Assembly: GCA_951406725.2 (NCBI GenBank)
Contig: OX597816.1
Coordinates: 372,001 to 436,000, forward strand
Reading direction: 5' to 3'
Source: Octopus vulgaris
Taxonomy: Eukaryota
Length of the DNA: 64,000 nucleotides
Under the pieces are notes generated by a model, which was not told the origin of the DNA, ran no database searches, and worked only from the letters and a program-made list of their open reading frames with translations. Below, one piece after another: positions 61,785-64,000 of the stretch (positions within the stretch are counted from its first letter, which is position 1; every line of letters begins with the position of its first letter). Position numbers and translations under genes: made by a program.

Positions 61785-61920
61785 TATAATAACATATATA
61801 TATATATACATAATATATATATATATACAATATATATATATAATACATATATATATATATACATACATATATATATACATACATATATATATAATACATA
61901 ATATATATATATAAAAAAAA

Positions 61921-61990
<70 letters not shown>

Positions 61991-62128
61991 CATACATATA
62001 TATATACATACATATATATATATACATACATATATATATATACATACATATATATATATACATACATATATATGTATGTATATATATATATAATAATATA
62101 TATATATATAAATATATATATAATAATA

Positions 62129-62173
<45 letters not shown>

Positions 62174-62212
62174 TATATATATATGTATGTATATATGTAT
62201 AAATATATATAT
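61735..62212. repeat. (TA)n-rich microsatellite with poly-A
   Basis: Directly visible. Confidence 0.95.
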
Positions 62213-62213
62213 A

Positions 62214-64000
62214 CATCCGAAAGTGGCCGTAGCCAGTACCGCACCGACTGGCCTCCGTGCTGTGGGCACATGACAAACACCATCCGATCGTGGCCGTTCG
62301 CCAGCCTCATCTAGCACCTGTGTCGGTGGCACATAAAAACACCATCCGAAGACCCGGCAAGACTAGTCAGGCCATAACCCATGGCCCCTACCTGGGACGT
62401 AGTCAGTCCACCTGTGCATACCTTCCTTCTTGTGACACTTGTGAAGACCTGTTGAGGCAAGTGAAAATCAAAACAAATCAAAATAGATGAACATCAATGG
62501 AATCTGTATCTTTGTGGTACCAGTAGCCGGTGGCACACACTTGGTGGTACCAGTGCCGGTGGCACACACTTGGTGGTACCAGTGCCGGTGGCACACACTT
62601 GGTGGTACCAGTGCCGGTGGTACCAGTGCCGGTGGCACACAAGAAAACCATCCGAACGTGGCCGTAGCCAGTTCCGCATCGACCGGCCTCCGTGCTGTGG
62701 GCACGTAACAAACACCATCCGATCATGGCTGTTCGCCAGCCTCATCTGGCACCTGTGTCGGTGGCACATAAAAACACCTTCCGAAGACCCGGCAAGACTA
62801 GTCAGTCCACCTGTACATACCTTCCTTCCTTCTTGTGACACTTGTGAAGACCTGTTGAGGCAAGTGAAAATCAAATCAAATCAAAATAGATGAACATCAA
62901 TGGAATTTGTATCTTTGTGGTACCAGTGCCTGTGGCACACAAGAAATCCATCCGAACGTGGCCGTAGTCAGTACCGCATCGACTGGCCATCGTGCTGTGG
63001 GCACATAACAAACACCATCCGATCGTGGCCGTTTGCCAGCCTCATCTAGCACCTGTGTCGGTGGCACATAAAAACACCATCCGAAGACCCGGCAAGACTA
63101 GTCAGGCCATATCCCATGGCCCCTACCTGGGACGTAGTCAGTCCACCTGTGCATACCTTCCTCCTTGTGATACTTGTGAAGGCCTGTTGAGGCAAGTGAA
63201 AATCAAAATGAAATCAAAACAAATCAAATCAAATCAAATCAAAACAAATCAAATCAAATCAAATCAAAACAAATCAAAATAGATGAACATTAATGGAATT
63301 TGTATCTTTGTGGTACCAGTGCCGGTGGCACACAAGAAAACCATCCGAACGTGGCCGTAGCCAGTACAGCACCGACTGGCCTCCGTGCTGTGGGCACGTA
63401 ACAAACACCATCCGATCGTGGCCGTTCGCCAGCCTCATCTGGCACCTGTGTCGGTGGCACATAAAAACACCATCCGAAGACCCGGCAAGACTAGTCAGGC
63501 CATAACCTGTGGCCCCTACCTGGGACGTAGTCAGTCCACCTGTGCATACCTTCCTTCTTGTGACACTTGTGAAGACCTGTTGAGGCAAGTGAAAATCAAA
63601 TCAAAACAAATCAAAATAGATGAACATCAATGGAATTTGTATCTTTGTGGTACCAGTGCCAGTGGCACGTGGCACACAAGAAAACCATCCGAACGTGGCC
63701 GTAGCCAGTACCGCGTCGACTGGCCTCCGTGCTGTGGGCACGTAACAAACACCATCCGATCGTGGCCGTTTGCCAGCCTCATCTGGCACCTGTGTCGGTG
63801 GCACATAAAAACACCATCCGAGCGTGGCCGTCTGCCAGCCTCGTCTGGCACCTGTGTCGGTGGCACATAAAAAACACCATCCGAGCGTGGCCGTTTGCCA
63901 GCCTCGTCTGGCACCTGTGTCGGTGGCACATAAAATCACCCACTACACTCTCGGAGTGGTTGGCGTTAGGAAGGGCATCCAGCTGTAGAAACACTGCCAG
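62214..64000 (+). repeat. Tandem array (~5 units of 300-435 bp) derived from the RTE LINE 3' UTR
   Basis: Units start catccgaa.gtggccgtag near 62214, 62649, 62949, 63342, 63686; contain gaagacctgttgag.caagtgaaa as at 28450-28480; array runs into the standard 3'-end sequence. Confidence 0.85.

Noticed and set aside
61653-62332. 200-aa Y/I-rich ORFs
   Set aside because: Translations of the (TA)n microsatellite
62468-63994. Overlapping Cys/His-rich ORFs
   Set aside because: Products of the GC-richer tandem LINE UTR repeat in several frames, with no coding signal

Overview
AT-rich eukaryotic genomic DNA, probably an octopus or other cephalopod (inferred from the repeat landscape and microsatellites). 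The window lies inside one large minus-strand gene. I traced 21 GT-AG exons (61316 down to 1417) whose splice phases chain into one open frame of 4992 nt (about 1664 codons), with both start and stop outside the window. Predicted domain order: G-[YF]-[DN]-x-x pentapeptide repeats, an unnamed CNYxFxGPF helical/Cys module, EGF, Kunitz, a GACC Cys module interrupted by more pentapeptide repeats, a tyrosinase-fold domain lacking most copper-binding histidines, a third repeat block, a second copy of the unnamed module, then 9 full and 1 half VWC domains (kielin/chordin-like tail). Introns hold RTE and CR1-type LINE fragments, SINEs, a solo LTR, Penelope remnants with hammerhead-like cores, hAT and Helentron-like relics, a 575-bp fold-back element, a 4.7-kb 64-bp palindromic satellite abutting a splice acceptor, and microsatellites. 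All boundaries were read by eye and no database searches were run.
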